Origin: Promethearchaeota archaeon
GTDB taxonomy: Archaea; Asgardarchaeota; Lokiarchaeia; Sigyniarchaeales; SOKP01
DNA: 16,821 bases
Assembly: GCA_018238625.1 (NCBI GenBank)
Contig: JABCSY010000091.1
Span: 1-16,821 of the forward strand
Direction of reading: 5' to 3'
Below are positions 16,454 to 16,821 of this stretch, one piece after another. Position numbers and translations under genes: made by a program. Below the pieces are notes generated by a model, which saw only the letters and a program-made list of their open reading frames with translations, ran no database searches and was not told where the DNA came from. Numbering within the stretch: the first letter of the stretch is position 1; each line of letters begins with the position of its first letter.

Positions 16454-16821
16454 CTTAAATTCACTTAAATTTTAATTTTTATTATAGAAAGATTTGTTGC
16501 TAAAGATCTTTTAGAATACGTAAACTTATAAAAATTTTCTTTTTCATAATTCCTTGTTCTTTATATAGATAGAAGAGGGTTGCTCGGGAATGCGCGATCA
16601 AACTATGCGAGGATGGACGATGTATGGGGGATTGCGATAAATGTGAGCTCTGTAAAAACAAGTATTACGCGTGGGGGGATGAATCCTAAAATAAGCGGTA
16701 CACAACAACAAAAAAAAAAGGTTATAACAAACATTTTTTTATATCATTTCTTGTTTTAATGAGTAGAATTAAAGAGTTAGAACAAACATTTTTATTACAT
16801 TAACAACAAATTTTTAGCATA

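Noticed and set aside
15040-16475. Plus-strand ORFs 15040-15246 and 16227-16475
   Set aside because: Antisense to the SBP gene; no independent support.
1-16821. CRISPR arrays, tRNA/rRNA genes, transposases or integrases
   Set aside because: No regularly spaced repeats, cloverleaf or rRNA-like segments, or mobile-element ORFs were seen by eye.

Overview
AT-rich archaeal window. By gene content (inference, no search run) it most likely comes from an Asgard archaeon of the Lokiarchaeia/Promethearchaeota type. From left to right it holds hdrB (cut by the window edge) and hdrC, two small hypothetical genes, a TPR protein, a soluble multi-PAS histidine kinase, a tungsten aldehyde:ferredoxin oxidoreductase, bacterial-type cysE-cysK, a compact four-gene minus-strand cluster, a divergent Lrp/AsnC regulator, and a lone family-5 ABC peptide-binding protein. 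The four-gene cluster reads ArsR regulator, Arf/Rag-like small GTPase, MASE3-PAS histidine kinase, response regulator. The main observation is the response regulator's output domain, which looks like a longin/uDENN fold. It carries D-x3-R-x5-Y (Arg237), spaced like the catalytic arginine fingers of the eukaryotic GAPs folliculin and SMCR8. Together with the co-oriented GTPase and sensor kinase, this suggests a prokaryotic two-component system controlling a eukaryote-like small-GTPase switch. This model is inferred from motifs and gene order and is untested. Secondary observations include a zinc ribbon fused to CysE, a perfect 18-bp palindrome upstream of hdrCB, Cys-rich motifs in the Lrp tail and a PAS domain, and a six-Cys reading frame in a GC-rich patch near the right end.
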